62,952 nucleotides of DNA from a virus (Duplodnaviria > Caudoviricetes): the IMG/VR virus record IMGVR_UViG_3300048586_000467, positions 1-62,952 of that record. One strand, 5' to 3'. Numbering within the stretch: the first letter of the stretch is position 1; each line of letters begins with the position of its first letter. Position numbers and translations under genes: made by a program. The notes below the pieces were generated by a model that ran no database searches, was not told the DNA's origin, and saw nothing but the letters and a program-made list of their open reading frames with translations. Of this stretch, positions 7,923-18,400 are shown one piece after another.

Positions 7923-9563
7923 CTAGTTTGGCGAGGTTTGCCTCAATCTTGCCACCTCATACATAGCCGCCAGGCTACGATGCTGCTGTGCTGCGATCAA
8001 TAAGGCCTGCGCAGCCTGCTCCTGCTGCTCTGCAATAGCCTTATGATACATCTGCGCCTGACGTATCTCATCGCTCGTCAGCGGCACATACAGCGCATCT
8101 GGCACCGGACTCGGTGTGATGACCACCGGCGGTGTTTCCGGCGTGTTCGAGTCTTCGGCTGGCTGCGTTGCCCCCGGCAGCATCGATGTAAAGTCAATGA
8201 CGTCGTCGACTACATAGCCGGCGAGTCCATGACCGATCCACTGTATTGTGATATGGACGTGTGGGCCGGTGACGAAGCCAGTGTCGCCCATCTCGGCAAT
8301 CGTCGCGCCGATGGTCAGCTTGTGGCCCTTCTTCCACGTTGGTGCCTCTTCCAGGTGGGCATACCAGATCTTCACGGTATGACCATACCAGTCGATTTTC
8401 TGACAGAGCCAATGCCCGTACCCTTCTGGGTCGTAGCCGACGCTGTCGACCTCGCCGGTCTGCATCGCCAGCACGTAGGCTTTCTCGCCTGCTTTCAGCT
8501 TGATGCGCGGAATGAAGTCTTTCCCCTCATGCTTCTGTTTCTTGTTGGGGAACTTCTTATAGTCACGCGGCACATCGAAGTCGTCGCTGACTACCCAATC
8601 GACGGAGAGCGGGTTACCCAGCATGAGCGGCGGGTCGAGCTTCGGTCCGGGCACGTGTGGCTGCGTCACGCCAAACTGCTCGTCCCATGTGTCGTACACT
8701 CGGCCCATCCAACCGCGGGCCTGGCCGGCTTCGACCCACATCCAATCGATCTTGTTCTCATGCTTCTGCGTGGCAGGGTAGTAGATGATCGGCTGACCAT
8801 TCCCGCACAGAGTAAGCGCATTAACGGCACCGTTGGCCTTGCGACTGGCGCGCAGGTAAATGCCGGCAGTCGTCTTCAAAGCACCGAAATGGGCCTTACC
8901 CATCTCGCCTTCAACCGCCGTAATCTGAATGGGGAGGGGCGGTTCCGGTGGCTTCCACCATGACAGGTGATTGACGACCAGATCGGGCATTTGCCCGGGC
9001 GTGTAGATCTTGGTGATGAAGCTGCGACCGAGCGACCCCTTCCACGCCACGAGGCCCATGCCGCGCGCATACCAGTAGCGCTCAATCTCCTCGCCGGGCT
9101 TCCCGCCGTTGTCCCTATAGACGACAATCTCCAGCACGTCGTTGACGCTAATCCCGCCTGGTGCTTGCCAGGTGTCGTGATGCGCCACGATCTCGATGTG
9201 CGTGACGTCGGTGTAGGGCGCTTTTCTAGGCACCGGCGCGCCCGTGCTGCTGTAACGGAAGGTGACCTTCGGCGCGCGTTTGTACGTGCGATGCAGTGGC
9301 ATGAAAGTGGGGACCCAGGCGCTGCCGGTCGCGCGGTTGGGGTCATTCAGCTCATAGCACTGACCCGGCTCCGGCGACGTGTCGACTTCCCGGCACTCGA
9401 ATTGGCCGTCGCTGTACATCGCTTCCCACAGCGCGTTCTTCACGAGGTACCGGCGTCGACCGATATAGTGCGTCTGGACACGCTCGAAGCCATCGCCCCA
9501 GGTGTTCTTCAGCTCGTGCTGGTGACCCGGCTCACCATACAGATACTGACGTAAGTCGTACAT
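7923..9563 (-). CDS. Endolysin, M23 peptidase family, multidomain
   Basis: HEGKD, GYG, YAHL, TGPHVH motifs; downstream of holin-like genes. Confidence 0.85.
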   Translation of the reverse strand: MYDLRQYLYGEPGHQHELKNTWGDGFERVQTHYIGRRRYLVKNALWEAMYSDGQFECREVDTSPEPGQCYELNDPNRATGSAWVPTFMPLHRTYKRAPKVTFRYSSTGAPVPRKAPYTDVTHIEIVAHHDTWQAPGGISVNDVLEIVVYRDNGGKPGEEIERYWYARGMGLVAWKGSLGRSFITKIYTPGQMPDLVVNHLSWWKPPEPPLPIQITAVEGEMGKAHFGALKTTAGIYLRASRKANGAVNALTLCGNGQPIIYYPATQKHENKIDWMWVEAGQARGWMGRVYDTWDEQFGVTQPHVPGPKLDPPLMLGNPLSVDWVVSDDFDVPRDYKKFPNKKQKHEGKDFIPRIKLKAGEKAYVLAMQTGEVDSVGYDPEGYGHWLCQKIDWYGHTVKIWYAHLEEAPTWKKGHKLTIGATIAEMGDTGFVTGPHVHITIQWIGHGLAGYVVDDVIDFTSMLPGATQPAEDSNTPETPPVVITPSPVPDALYVPLTSDEIRQAQMYHKAIAEQQEQAAQALLIAAQQHRSLAAMYEVARLRQTSPN

Positions 9564-9574
9564 TTCACTCTCCT

Positions 9575-9606
9575 AAGAAAAAGCCCCCTGGAGTGCAGGG
9601 GGCTTT
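9575..9606 (-). terminator. Intrinsic terminator between holin and endolysin
   Basis: Minus strand AAAGCCCCCTG-CACTC-CAGGGGGC-TTTTTCTT, directly followed by the endolysin RBS. Confidence 0.75.
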
Positions 9607-9629
9607 GCGTTCGATGACCAGGTGCTTCA

Positions 9630-10379
9630 CTAGTTCAGGCTGGGCGCCGGACTGCGTGGGACGGGATCCGGTGCGCTGCCGGTGGACCCGGAACTGTTGT
9701 TCCAGAGCACAAAAAGACGATTGGCGAAGCGTTCCAGGTAGGCGTCATGTTCAGGCGTACCGATGATCAGCGCTGCCGGCGTCTCGACAATCGCTGCAGG
9801 GGTTGAAGTGGTCGCCGTTCCCTGCGTCGAAATCGCATCAGACTCGGACATGAGCTTGGTCGAGTAGGCACGGAGCAAAATGACCAGATCGCGAAGGGCA
9901 TCAACACCCCAGTGGACCCCAACCTGGCCGAACGAGATCAGGATACCAGACATCAGAATGCCGATGGCTGGGGGAAGGAACGTGATACCCAGCATACGCA
10001 AGAGGTCAGCGCTCGGCCCGGCCATAAATGCGGAGCCTATACCTACGAGGACGCCCAGGGCCGTCAGGATGCCTACATAGTGGTTTTCCGACCACTTGTT
10101 ACGGTCTGCCACAGGCTTGATGTAGAGCCGCTTCGCTGCCTCAACGATCGCCGCCACCTGCGTGCTCAACGTGAGCAGCAGCGCTACGCCTGCCGGATCC
10201 GGCTCAATGCCTGGAAGGACATCTTCCTGCAGGAGAACACCGTACCCAAAAGGTGCAGCCTGGGCGGGAACTGCGGGGGCGAAGACGAGCAGAGCGAGGG
10301 CCAGCGCTGCGAGGAGCGGAACGAAGAGCCGGGCCGAATCACTGACCAAAAGGAAAACAGACGAGCGGAACGCGTTCAT
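9630..10379 (-). CDS. Holin-like membrane protein
   Basis: Signal-like N-terminus plus ~3 TM segments; in lysis cassette. Confidence 0.6.
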   Translation of the reverse strand: MNAFRSSVFLLVSDSARLFVPLLAALALALLVFAPAVPAQAAPFGYGVLLQEDVLPGIEPDPAGVALLLTLSTQVAAIVEAAKRLYIKPVADRNKWSENHYVGILTALGVLVGIGSAFMAGPSADLLRMLGITFLPPAIGILMSGILISFGQVGVHWGVDALRDLVILLRAYSTKLMSESDAISTQGTATTSTPAAIVETPAALIIGTPEHDAYLERFANRLFVLWNNSSGSTGSAPDPVPRSPAPSLN

Positions 10380-10388
10380 GCGATCACC

Positions 10389-10988
10389 TCACTGATAAAT
10401 GCGAAAGAGATACTGCATAAAGAAACTGGCTGCCGCGAACGCCGAAGCGATCGCGCCGATAAGGAGGGGTGTGAGCTTGATGACCAGCGCAATCGCTGCC
10501 GTTACGAAGTGGGTGAGTCGGGCTGAGACAATCTTGTGTGCCGCCTTGCCTATCCAGCGCACAAAATCGACTGCTGCTTTCTCAATGCCTTCGAGGTGTT
10601 CCAACCGATCATCGTGCAGGTCGATCTGACCGGTCAGAACCTGAATGCTGCTCTGGATGTCCTTGAACATCTCAAAGATACTGGGGTGGCCAGAGCGTTC
10701 GTCCGGGTCTCCATGCACCGTGCGATGCAGCTCGCGCAACTCCAACCGCGCGTCGTGGCCATCCCGTTCGGCCTGGTAGAGACGCTGCTCGATGTTACCG
10801 ACCACACGCCCGACGGCACTTTCCACCGCTGTACCGATGTCCGTCTTCAACTGCGTCTGCATACTCGCCCAGCGCTGTTCCTGCACCACGGCAGCCTGCG
10901 CAACCGCGCCATCGATCCGCTGCTGCATCGCGACGGTGTGCTGCTCGAGGCGCTGTTCCAGTTCTGTGCGGGTCACAAAGTCAGTCAT
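10389..10988 (-). CDS. Coiled-coil protein with C-terminal TM (lysis accessory)
   Basis: Heptad-rich N-terminal part, hydrophobic C-terminus. Confidence 0.6.
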   Translation of the reverse strand: MTDFVTRTELEQRLEQHTVAMQQRIDGAVAQAAVVQEQRWASMQTQLKTDIGTAVESAVGRVVGNIEQRLYQAERDGHDARLELRELHRTVHGDPDERSGHPSIFEMFKDIQSSIQVLTGQIDLHDDRLEHLEGIEKAAVDFVRWIGKAAHKIVSARLTHFVTAAIALVIKLTPLLIGAIASAFAAASFFMQYLFRIYQ

Positions 10989-11016
10989 GAGACGGTCTCA
11001 AAAGAAGCGCTGGACA

Positions 11017-11045
11017 CAGTTTAGAATATGTGTTCTAAAGATGCA
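11017..11045 (-). promoter_or_regulatory. Lysis-cassette promoter with LexA-like box
   Basis: TTGCAT-17-TAAACT; TAGAAC-ACAT-ATTCTA in the spacer (11022-11037). Confidence 0.6.
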
Positions 11046-11287
11046 ATAAGGCAATCTTAATCAACTTGTCTGTCTTAATGGACTTGTCAGCAAACATGCA
11101 AGGGCTCGTTGATAGAAAACGAAGAACGTAAAAAATTCAGCGTTTGGATAAGGAATATGTGTTACTTCCTGAAAAAGCTGTGTTCTTTAGGATAACGGTG
11201 CGAATCAAAACGCCTACCGTGTTCTTGGCAGGACCGAAGGTAGGCGTTCTGAGACACCGATCTCGCATTAGAGAGGAGAAGGCGTCT

Positions 11288-11497
11288 ATGACAGTAAAAA
11301 CACCGAAGTCACAGTTGGTTGCGCGACTACAGATCGGGGCTGCTGCATTTCTGGTCGGCGGAATTGCGGCGGCGTTGATCTGGTTAGTGACCGACAGTCC
11401 CAAGATGGAAGCCGTCGCTTTTATCTTCGAGGCTACTGCGGCCTTGCTGGCAATTATCGTTGTCGCCCTGCAGCGACCCGCGAGGCAGGAACTATAA
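11288..11497 (+). CDS. Small two-TM protein (moron)
   Basis: AGGAG RBS, two TM helices, followed by hairpin. Confidence 0.6.
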   Translation: MTVKTPKSQLVARLQIGAAAFLVGGIAAALIWLVTDSPKMEAVAFIFEATAALLAIIVVALQRPARQEL

Positions 11498-11505
11498 GTA
11501 ACAAC

Positions 11506-11548
11506 AAGGAGGGGACTGTAACTATCAACAGGTTGCAGTCCCCTCCTT
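11506..11548. terminator. Bidirectional terminator hairpin
   Basis: AAGGAGGGGACTGTAAC…GTTGCAGTCCCCTCCTT between convergent genes. Confidence 0.75.
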
Positions 11549-11573
11549 CAAATATTAGTAACGATAATGGTTC

Positions 11574-12551
11574 TTATCGTGAACTGATGCGGATAGACTG
11601 AACAATGAGGGGCATCGTTAACGCCAGCGGTGTCAGGAACAGGCGCGTTTCGTGCAGCAGGCCGAAGACGCAGGCCAGTGCGAGGTAAGCACCAGCGACC
11701 AGCAAGAATGCGCCACCGTGCGAGAACCGCTTCGCGCCAAGAATAGCCAGGATGACAAATGGCATATACAACAGCACCAGTGGCAGCCAGATATGAACAT
11801 CCCGAAGATTTCGATACAGCACCATTGCTACTGTTATTGCGTCCGGTGCTGGGCCAAGAACAAAGCGCAGTCCACCGTAGATGGTGATGAAGGTCGCTGT
11901 GTAGAGCGCTCCCCATATCCAGTAGGATCGTTCACGCCAGCGATGTCGCTCGATCAATACCCACAGCAGAAACAGGAATACCCCTGTTTCACGATTAAGC
12001 ACAGCCAGGGCGATCACCAGCCACAAAGCCCACTGACGTCTCTCAGTAATAAGCAAAGCCCCGATGCAAAAGAGTGCTGCTTCTACCAGTGAATACGGAT
12101 TCAGAACCGGATAGCGCGACATCAGGGCCATAGGCAGTATCAGCAGCCCTACACCCAACAACGCGTGGTCATTGCGATGTCGTCTTCGCAGCCATGCGTC
12201 CGCTGCGAAGACCAGCAAGATTGAACCGGCAATCTGACCGATGATCGAGACAAGATATATCGTTACAGCGTTGGGGCCGCCCATCAGCGCTGTTCCGGCG
12301 AGAATGACGGAGGAGGTCAACACCCGATAGCGATACGGTGAGTCGGCATCTGGCCCCAGAAACGTTCGCCAGTTCTCGGCATTTACTAACGGGTAATTGG
12401 CAGCATAGAGGGCCGCGAATAAGGCAAACGCCAATAAAACCAGCGTTCGACCACTGATCCGCATCGATTGAACAGATGGAAGCGCAATGTTACTCATGTT
12501 TCCATCATATCCCCACAATTGCGTCGTCAGCACCTTAATAATTGGGGTCAT
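11574..12551 (-). CDS. Multi-TM GT-C-like glycosyltransferase/membrane protein
   Basis: Many TM segments, PYRYRVL and LNRETG motifs; ATGA-coupled to the RBP gene. Confidence 0.65.
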   Translation of the reverse strand: MTPIIKVLTTQLWGYDGNMSNIALPSVQSMRISGRTLVLLAFALFAALYAANYPLVNAENWRTFLGPDADSPYRYRVLTSSVILAGTALMGGPNAVTIYLVSIIGQIAGSILLVFAADAWLRRRHRNDHALLGVGLLILPMALMSRYPVLNPYSLVEAALFCIGALLITERRQWALWLVIALAVLNRETGVFLFLLWVLIERHRWRERSYWIWGALYTATFITIYGGLRFVLGPAPDAITVAMVLYRNLRDVHIWLPLVLLYMPFVILAILGAKRFSHGGAFLLVAGAYLALACVFGLLHETRLFLTPLALTMPLIVQSIRISSR

Positions 12552-13978
12552 ACCATGCCAAAGCCGCCGAGCATGACAAGGCCATGCCGCGGCTGCGTTT
12601 CATCCGCAGGCGGTTCTGGCAGGTTATAGGTGCGCTGGACGATATCCCAATAGTTACTACCGACGTTGGTCAGCTCACTATAGTAGACGTAGAGTGCGTC
12701 ATCAACATGAAATGGCATCGCACAGGCGTCATTGTTGCTCAAGAGCGGGTTCGTTGGACACTTCACCCACGGTCCTTCGACGCGATCTGCTACGTACACC
12801 TCTGTGTTCCAGATGCTTGAGGGATACGATTCTACCAACATCCAGTAGTGACCATCACGGTAATGCACACCCGGCGAGGCAAGCACGCGCAGTTCCTGAA
12901 GGAGAGGCGTGATCGGCGCCGCTGCCAGTCCTGTTAGCGTCGATGCGCTTTTGACGCGAATCTCGTGCAATCCGCTCGTGGCCTGCGCATGGTGGAAAAT
13001 ATGCCAGCGGTCATCAGCAGGATCACGCCAGAGGAAGGCGTTGTTTGCATTACCGGAGGCGACTGTCTCCTGATAGGTAAACGTGATGCCATCGGTGCTG
13101 GTCGCACGATACATCACATAATCATCGGTCCCGGTACCATAGAAGGCGTGGAACGTGGTGCCATCGAACGTAACGGAGGGCCACCTGCCATTGAACAGGT
13201 AGCCATAGTCATCCCATGTAACAAGGTCGTTGGATCTCGCCAGGTGTACGGTAAAGGGTCCGCCGTTAGCGAGTGTGTAGTATGCCCAATATTTGTAGCC
13301 GCCGAGGTTGACCTCCAGAATATCACTGTACATATGGACTGGCTGAAAAGTGTGGTAAGTCTTTGGCGCTCCGCCGGTGAAAAGCACGGTCGGCTCGCTC
13401 AAGGCGTAATAGTCTGGCGTCTCCTCCACACTCGTCACGCGGTAGTTGTCAAAGGAACCACCGATGGCGTTCATGCCGAAGCCGTGACTGGTCGCTGTGA
13501 GATTGTGCGAGGCACTGCTATAGGAAATCGTTGTTCCTGCTACTGATGCGCTGATGGTTGTGCCGTTGGCGACGATGCGGAACACATAGGTTCGTCCAGC
13601 CGCCATTGACGGTGACGCCGACGCGCGCAGCGTGAATGTCCCGCCGTTGACTTCGTAAATCGCCAGACTGCCGCTGCTGAACTGGATACGCCACATATTA
13701 CTGTTGTTGGTGTAGCGCACCAGGAATTGCATGACGCGCCCGGTCGAGTCGGGGGTCATCTCCGCAGAGATGACAACGTCCGCCTGCCCGCTATCAATCG
13801 TGCAGTAATAGTCGCCCGGATCTGCGCCTGTCGGGACGAGCCGGTTGGATGAGAGTGTCCACTGCCCGTTGCGTTCTACCCAGCCGGAGCCGACCACATC
13901 TACATCAGGTGGATGAGCGTCCAGACTGGTGCCGTTTGCGCCCGTGAAGGTGTCATAGACGTACGTGGTGGCTGCCAT
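12548..13978 (-). CDS. Receptor-binding protein: lectin-like beta-sandwich plus glycoside-hydrolase-like beta-propeller
   Basis: Beta-rich N-domain; SNDLVTW, STDGITF, EGPW repeats of GH43/32/130-type propellers. Confidence 0.65.
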   Translation of the reverse strand: MAATTYVYDTFTGANGTSLDAHPPDVDVVGSGWVERNGQWTLSSNRLVPTGADPGDYYCTIDSGQADVVISAEMTPDSTGRVMQFLVRYTNNSNMWRIQFSSGSLAIYEVNGGTFTLRASASPSMAAGRTYVFRIVANGTTISASVAGTTISYSSASHNLTATSHGFGMNAIGGSFDNYRVTSVEETPDYYALSEPTVLFTGGAPKTYHTFQPVHMYSDILEVNLGGYKYWAYYTLANGGPFTVHLARSNDLVTWDDYGYLFNGRWPSVTFDGTTFHAFYGTGTDDYVMYRATSTDGITFTYQETVASGNANNAFLWRDPADDRWHIFHHAQATSGLHEIRVKSASTLTGLAAAPITPLLQELRVLASPGVHYRDGHYWMLVESYPSSIWNTEVYVADRVEGPWVKCPTNPLLSNNDACAMPFHVDDALYVYYSELTNVGSNYWDIVQRTYNLPEPPADETQPRHGLVMLGGFGMV

Positions 13979-13980
13979 TG

Positions 13981-14661
13981 TTAGCTCTTTGTGTAGTAGA
14001 CTTTGATACCGAGCAATTTGGCGTCCGCTGCCAGCGTGTCGCCGCCCGCATCGGCATCCCGGTAAACGCGAAACTGGACAAACTGGCCGCCCGCAGGCGT
14101 GCCGGCCAGCGTAAGCGCGCTGGTCGCGCTGGTGATATGCACATCGCCAGTTGCCAGCAGCGTATCGGTAACGGTCTGCGCTGTTCCCCAGGCCGCATCA
14201 ATGGCGTCGTCGTTGGCGTAGGCGCGGCCCTGCAAGCCCCACACGACATCGCCGGTGCTGCTGGCGGCAGTCCACATGAATTTCGCGGTGATCGTTCCGC
14301 CGTCCCAGTCGTCAGGCATCCACACGCTCCACTGCGCGTACTCGTCAGCGCTGGCGTCGAAGTCGAGCGAGTAGACATCTACGTCGTTGGTGCCGTATTC
14401 GTTCTTTGTGTTGGCTGCGCAGCCATTGGTGGTACTGGGCCAGCCGCCTGCCGCCGTCAGGAACAGCTCGGCGCTGGCATTTGCCAAGCCAAACGGCCCA
14501 ACGACCGTGCCGTCTTCGAGGATGAAGTAGGCACCGACGGTCCCGCCGACATCCTTCAGATAGATGAGGCCGTGGTCGACTGCTGCGTTGTCCGGATCGC
14601 TCGTCTGGATTTTGAGTTGGACACCGATGTCTTCGGTGATTTGATCGAGAAAGCCGCTCAT
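13981..14661 (-). CDS. Tail fibre/minor tail protein
   Basis: MPDDWDGGTI motif; tail module position. Confidence 0.6.
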   Translation of the reverse strand: MSGFLDQITEDIGVQLKIQTSDPDNAAVDHGLIYLKDVGGTVGAYFILEDGTVVGPFGLANASAELFLTAAGGWPSTTNGCAANTKNEYGTNDVDVYSLDFDASADEYAQWSVWMPDDWDGGTITAKFMWTAASSTGDVVWGLQGRAYANDDAIDAAWGTAQTVTDTLLATGDVHITSATSALTLAGTPAGGQFVQFRVYRDADAGGDTLAADAKLLGIKVYYTKS

Positions 14662-14665
14662 CGGA

Positions 14666-15499
14666 TTATCCTCTACTCATTACGACCAGTCCGCTTCGGC
14701 TGATCACCACTTGTCCGCTACGACTGGTCACGATATTCGATGCCGTTGCCTCACCAGTGGCTACGCCCGGAGCGCCCCACATCTGGCAATACTCGAAGTC
14801 ACTGAATGCCAGTGTTGTCTTTCCATAGGCCAAACGAAATGCCATGAGTGGTTCGAAGGCGTCCACATCCAGGCCGGTAAGGTCGCTGATACTCCAGTCC
14901 AGTGCCAGAGAAGCCTCTGTTGATTGAACTGCACCGCCGTTGGCGTTGTGATCGATTCCGGCAATGCCCCAATTGATCTCACCGCTGCTACTCGGTAAGG
15001 CAGGTGTCAGATCGACTTCGTCCACGCCGGGAAACCAGGTGAACTGTTGGGTGACACGATTGAAGTAAAACCGAGGCAGCAATTTGACCTTGAGATCGCT
15101 GACGTGGATGACCAGGCCGTACTTGATGCGGATTGCTGAGACAAAATCGAAGTTCCCAAACCCTGGCTCGTGCGTATGTTTCCCGACGCTGTTAGCCGGG
15201 AAATTCTGATTACCGACAAAGCGAGGGATGCGCTCAGGGTCTGGTGTAACCCAGGCCGTGTCGCCGGAGCGATGATAGAGAACCGGATACTCAGGAATAA
15301 TCGGAACACCAAGATTGAGAGCCGTATCGCTTATCCCATGCTCGAAGTGCAAACGAACATGGTTTTCATCCACCTCGACCTCATAGACTCCATTCTCGTT
15401 GATGCCGCCCAGATTGCCTTTAAGAGGTTTCGGCTCTCGTGAGGACAACTGGCCAATCTCAAACGCCAGTTCGTCGTAAAGCGCGTCGAGGTCGCTCAT
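14666..15499 (-). CDS. Minor tail protein
   Basis: Tail module position, coupled ORF. Confidence 0.6.
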   Translation of the reverse strand: MSDLDALYDELAFEIGQLSSREPKPLKGNLGGINENGVYEVEVDENHVRLHFEHGISDTALNLGVPIIPEYPVLYHRSGDTAWVTPDPERIPRFVGNQNFPANSVGKHTHEPGFGNFDFVSAIRIKYGLVIHVSDLKVKLLPRFYFNRVTQQFTWFPGVDEVDLTPALPSSSGEINWGIAGIDHNANGGAVQSTEASLALDWSISDLTGLDVDAFEPLMAFRLAYGKTTLAFSDFEYCQMWGAPGVATGEATASNIVTSRSGQVVISRSGLVVMSRG

Positions 15500-18400
15500 G
15501 CCGCATTACCTCCGCCGCAGATATTCACGATACGCCCTGAGCCGGTGTAGTCCCCCTTGCGACTATCAAACGGTCCACCATCTTCGCTTACTGCGATTTC
15601 GCCGTTGATCCCCCACCCATAAAGCACATCGGGATCGTCGCCGGAAATATTGCCAGCCGTCAGCTTGACGGTGGACAACACATCCGGCTGGACGAGCGTC
15701 TCCCAAGTTTGCGCACCATTACGGGAGAGGAAGACCCCATACCGGTCATCCGATTGTGCATTGTTGCGATGACCGAACAGCAGGACGCGGTTTTTGTCGA
15801 TGTCACACGTCTTGACGGAAAACTGGAACTCGGGGCCGTATTTGATACCACTGACCACCGGCGATACGTCAGCCTGAGCGCCAGCGCCGACGACCTTATA
15901 CAACCGTAACAGTCGTCGCAGGCCGCCGTCGTGAGTGACATGCCCGAAGTAAGCTGTGCTGTCATCTTCAAACGGCACATGAATTTCAAATGCCATACCA
16001 GCGTTGCCTGTACTCGTGATATTCGGATTGCTCAGATCGCCAAATGTCATTGCGCTGTCGGTCGATACGCGGCCATCGGTGAGTTGTGAACCGATGGATG
16101 CCGAATTTACAAATAACGAGATAATTGTCCGGTTTTGGTGTGGCGATACAGCAACGCCTGTTGAGTGACTGATTCCTGCGCCTAGATCCCAATTGGCGAA
16201 GGTGTTGGTCTTTGTAAGTGTCAGGCCATCCAGCGTGCGATGTACGTCAATGCCAACGCCATAGCGATACGACGTGATAACCCCGAAATTCGGAATGCCG
16301 CGCTCGAACTGCATCCGTCGGTCGTCCGTTGTGCCGCCGAGCGCAACCGCCGCACTCAGGGTTGGCGAGCCGAAAATATTGCTGATCTTCTGGAATTGGG
16401 TCGTCGTAACAATCCAGCCGTCGACAGTGGACGATTTGTAACTTTGCGCGTCGACGATAAACATCAGAACGTTGCCGCCGCCCCAATTCGTCAATGTAGT
16501 CAAATTCAGTACATGCCAGCGAGGGCCACTCATTGATGATCTGATGTCGAAACCAGACCCGTTGATATTTGGCCCCGTCCTCAACAATTCATTCGCTGTT
16601 GTGAATGCTGCAAGCGTTACCGTGCCGCGTGGGATACCATACAGTTGCGAAGGCGTCAGCTGAGGAACATAAAGACCTGGGAATGACAGGGATGGTGGTG
16701 TATAGATCGTCCCCAACCCTGGCGTGGTGCTTTGCGCAATCGGCTGCTCCTGCCCCGGATTGCCCCTCGTCACCTGTTCCAGTGTGTAGGTGATGACCTT
16801 CTCCTGCGCGCCTGGCTCCTGACTGTGTGCCACGCTGATGCGCTTGACGATGAACAGCACATTACTCAGTGTCGCGCCTGTCAGACTGTCGTCTTCGTAG
16901 GTGATCGAGACAAGATCGCCCGGTCGCATATGATCGGCGTTGCCCAGGCGCACCAGCGTCACTTCAGGCCGCGGATTGTTGAGCCGTGCCCAGTGATGCC
17001 CGGCGATCTCCATCAGCCGTGCCAGCGGGCTTGTCGTGGGCAGAATGACGCCCGTGTCGTAGTCCTGACGCCCGCCGACGCCGGAGCCGGTTCGACCCGG
17101 CCCACGCGCCAGCCACTTCCCTTCGGTGCTGCCGTTCCAGTTCTTTCCGCCGACTTCCGTCAGGCCGACACGCTCCAGCAGTTCATTCAGCAGTGACAGG
17201 CCCGACTCATAAGGCCAGTGATCGGGTGTCAGCGACGCCGCGACCGGCACCGCAGCCCGGTCGCCGCTGCTCATATACGAGATGTGCGGCTTGATGCGTA
17301 GGCCGCCCAGTTCGTCGCAATACGGGTCTGCCGTAATGCGCTTCCCCAGGCTGACGAGTTGATCCCATAGCTTGCCCTCGTCGATGGTTTCTTCGCGGGT
17401 CGCGTTGGTGATGCCGCTGGGCCTGAAATTGCAGATCTGGAGGAACGTGCTGTGCTGGCCCAGGTCGTAGGCAATCAGCCGGTCAATCGTGATGTTGGGC
17501 ATCAGATTCCAGCGGCCCGTGCCGTTGGTGATCTTGTCACTCGGCCCGCCCCAGTTGCGTAGCCAGGTCGCGCCTCCGCCGAGTTCAAGCGTCCACTCGT
17601 CGGCGTCGGGTTTGTAGAGCGTCGTCTCGCGCACCGCCCAGCCGCGCGTCTGGCCCAGGTAACAGTCGGGCGCCTCGTCGTCCCCGAAAGTCGCCACCTC
17701 CCAATAGATGCATTCCGTCTGGCGCGGAACGTCGACTTCGTCAGCCTCGTCCTCGTTACCAAAGAAGACCAGCGTCAGGTCACGGCCCTCGAAGCGCTCG
17801 TCGCGCTCAACGCGGAAATTACTCAGCGGCGGGTTGTCCCGGTCTGCAACGTAGATACCCAGCGGCTTCCAGCCCACCTTGCCATTCGTGTCGGTGACTT
17901 CGAGATGGATATGCCGATGCGGGGTCGACTTCGGGAACGTGACCAGAATCGTCGTGTCGGTCAGTTCGTAGCCGTCGACGAGCGTGCCGTCCGCAATGTC
18001 CCATTCGACCCCGCTGATGGTGGCGCCGGCGGCCATCGCCACGCCAACCGCCGTCAGCTGCACCGTGCGGTAGTCCTCGCCTGGATCGTTGAAGCCGGCC
18101 ATGCACACCGGCAACCAGTCGCCGTTGGCGTCGACGGCATGGACGATGTTGGCGATGGGCAGCATGTCTTCGTTCTGGTCGCTGTAGACTTCGTCGAAGT
18201 CCTTATACTGCGTGAAGGTGTTGTTATACGACGTGCCGCTGGCCGACGCAGTCAGGCGCCACTGGCGGTTCCAGATCAGGTATTCGTCGCGCACGGTCAG
18301 GTAGACATTGTCGTACAGATCGAGCTTGCCCGGCGCGGTCGCGGCGATATACAGGATGCTCGACGTGGGCGCCTTACGGACGCGCACAGAGCCGATATCG

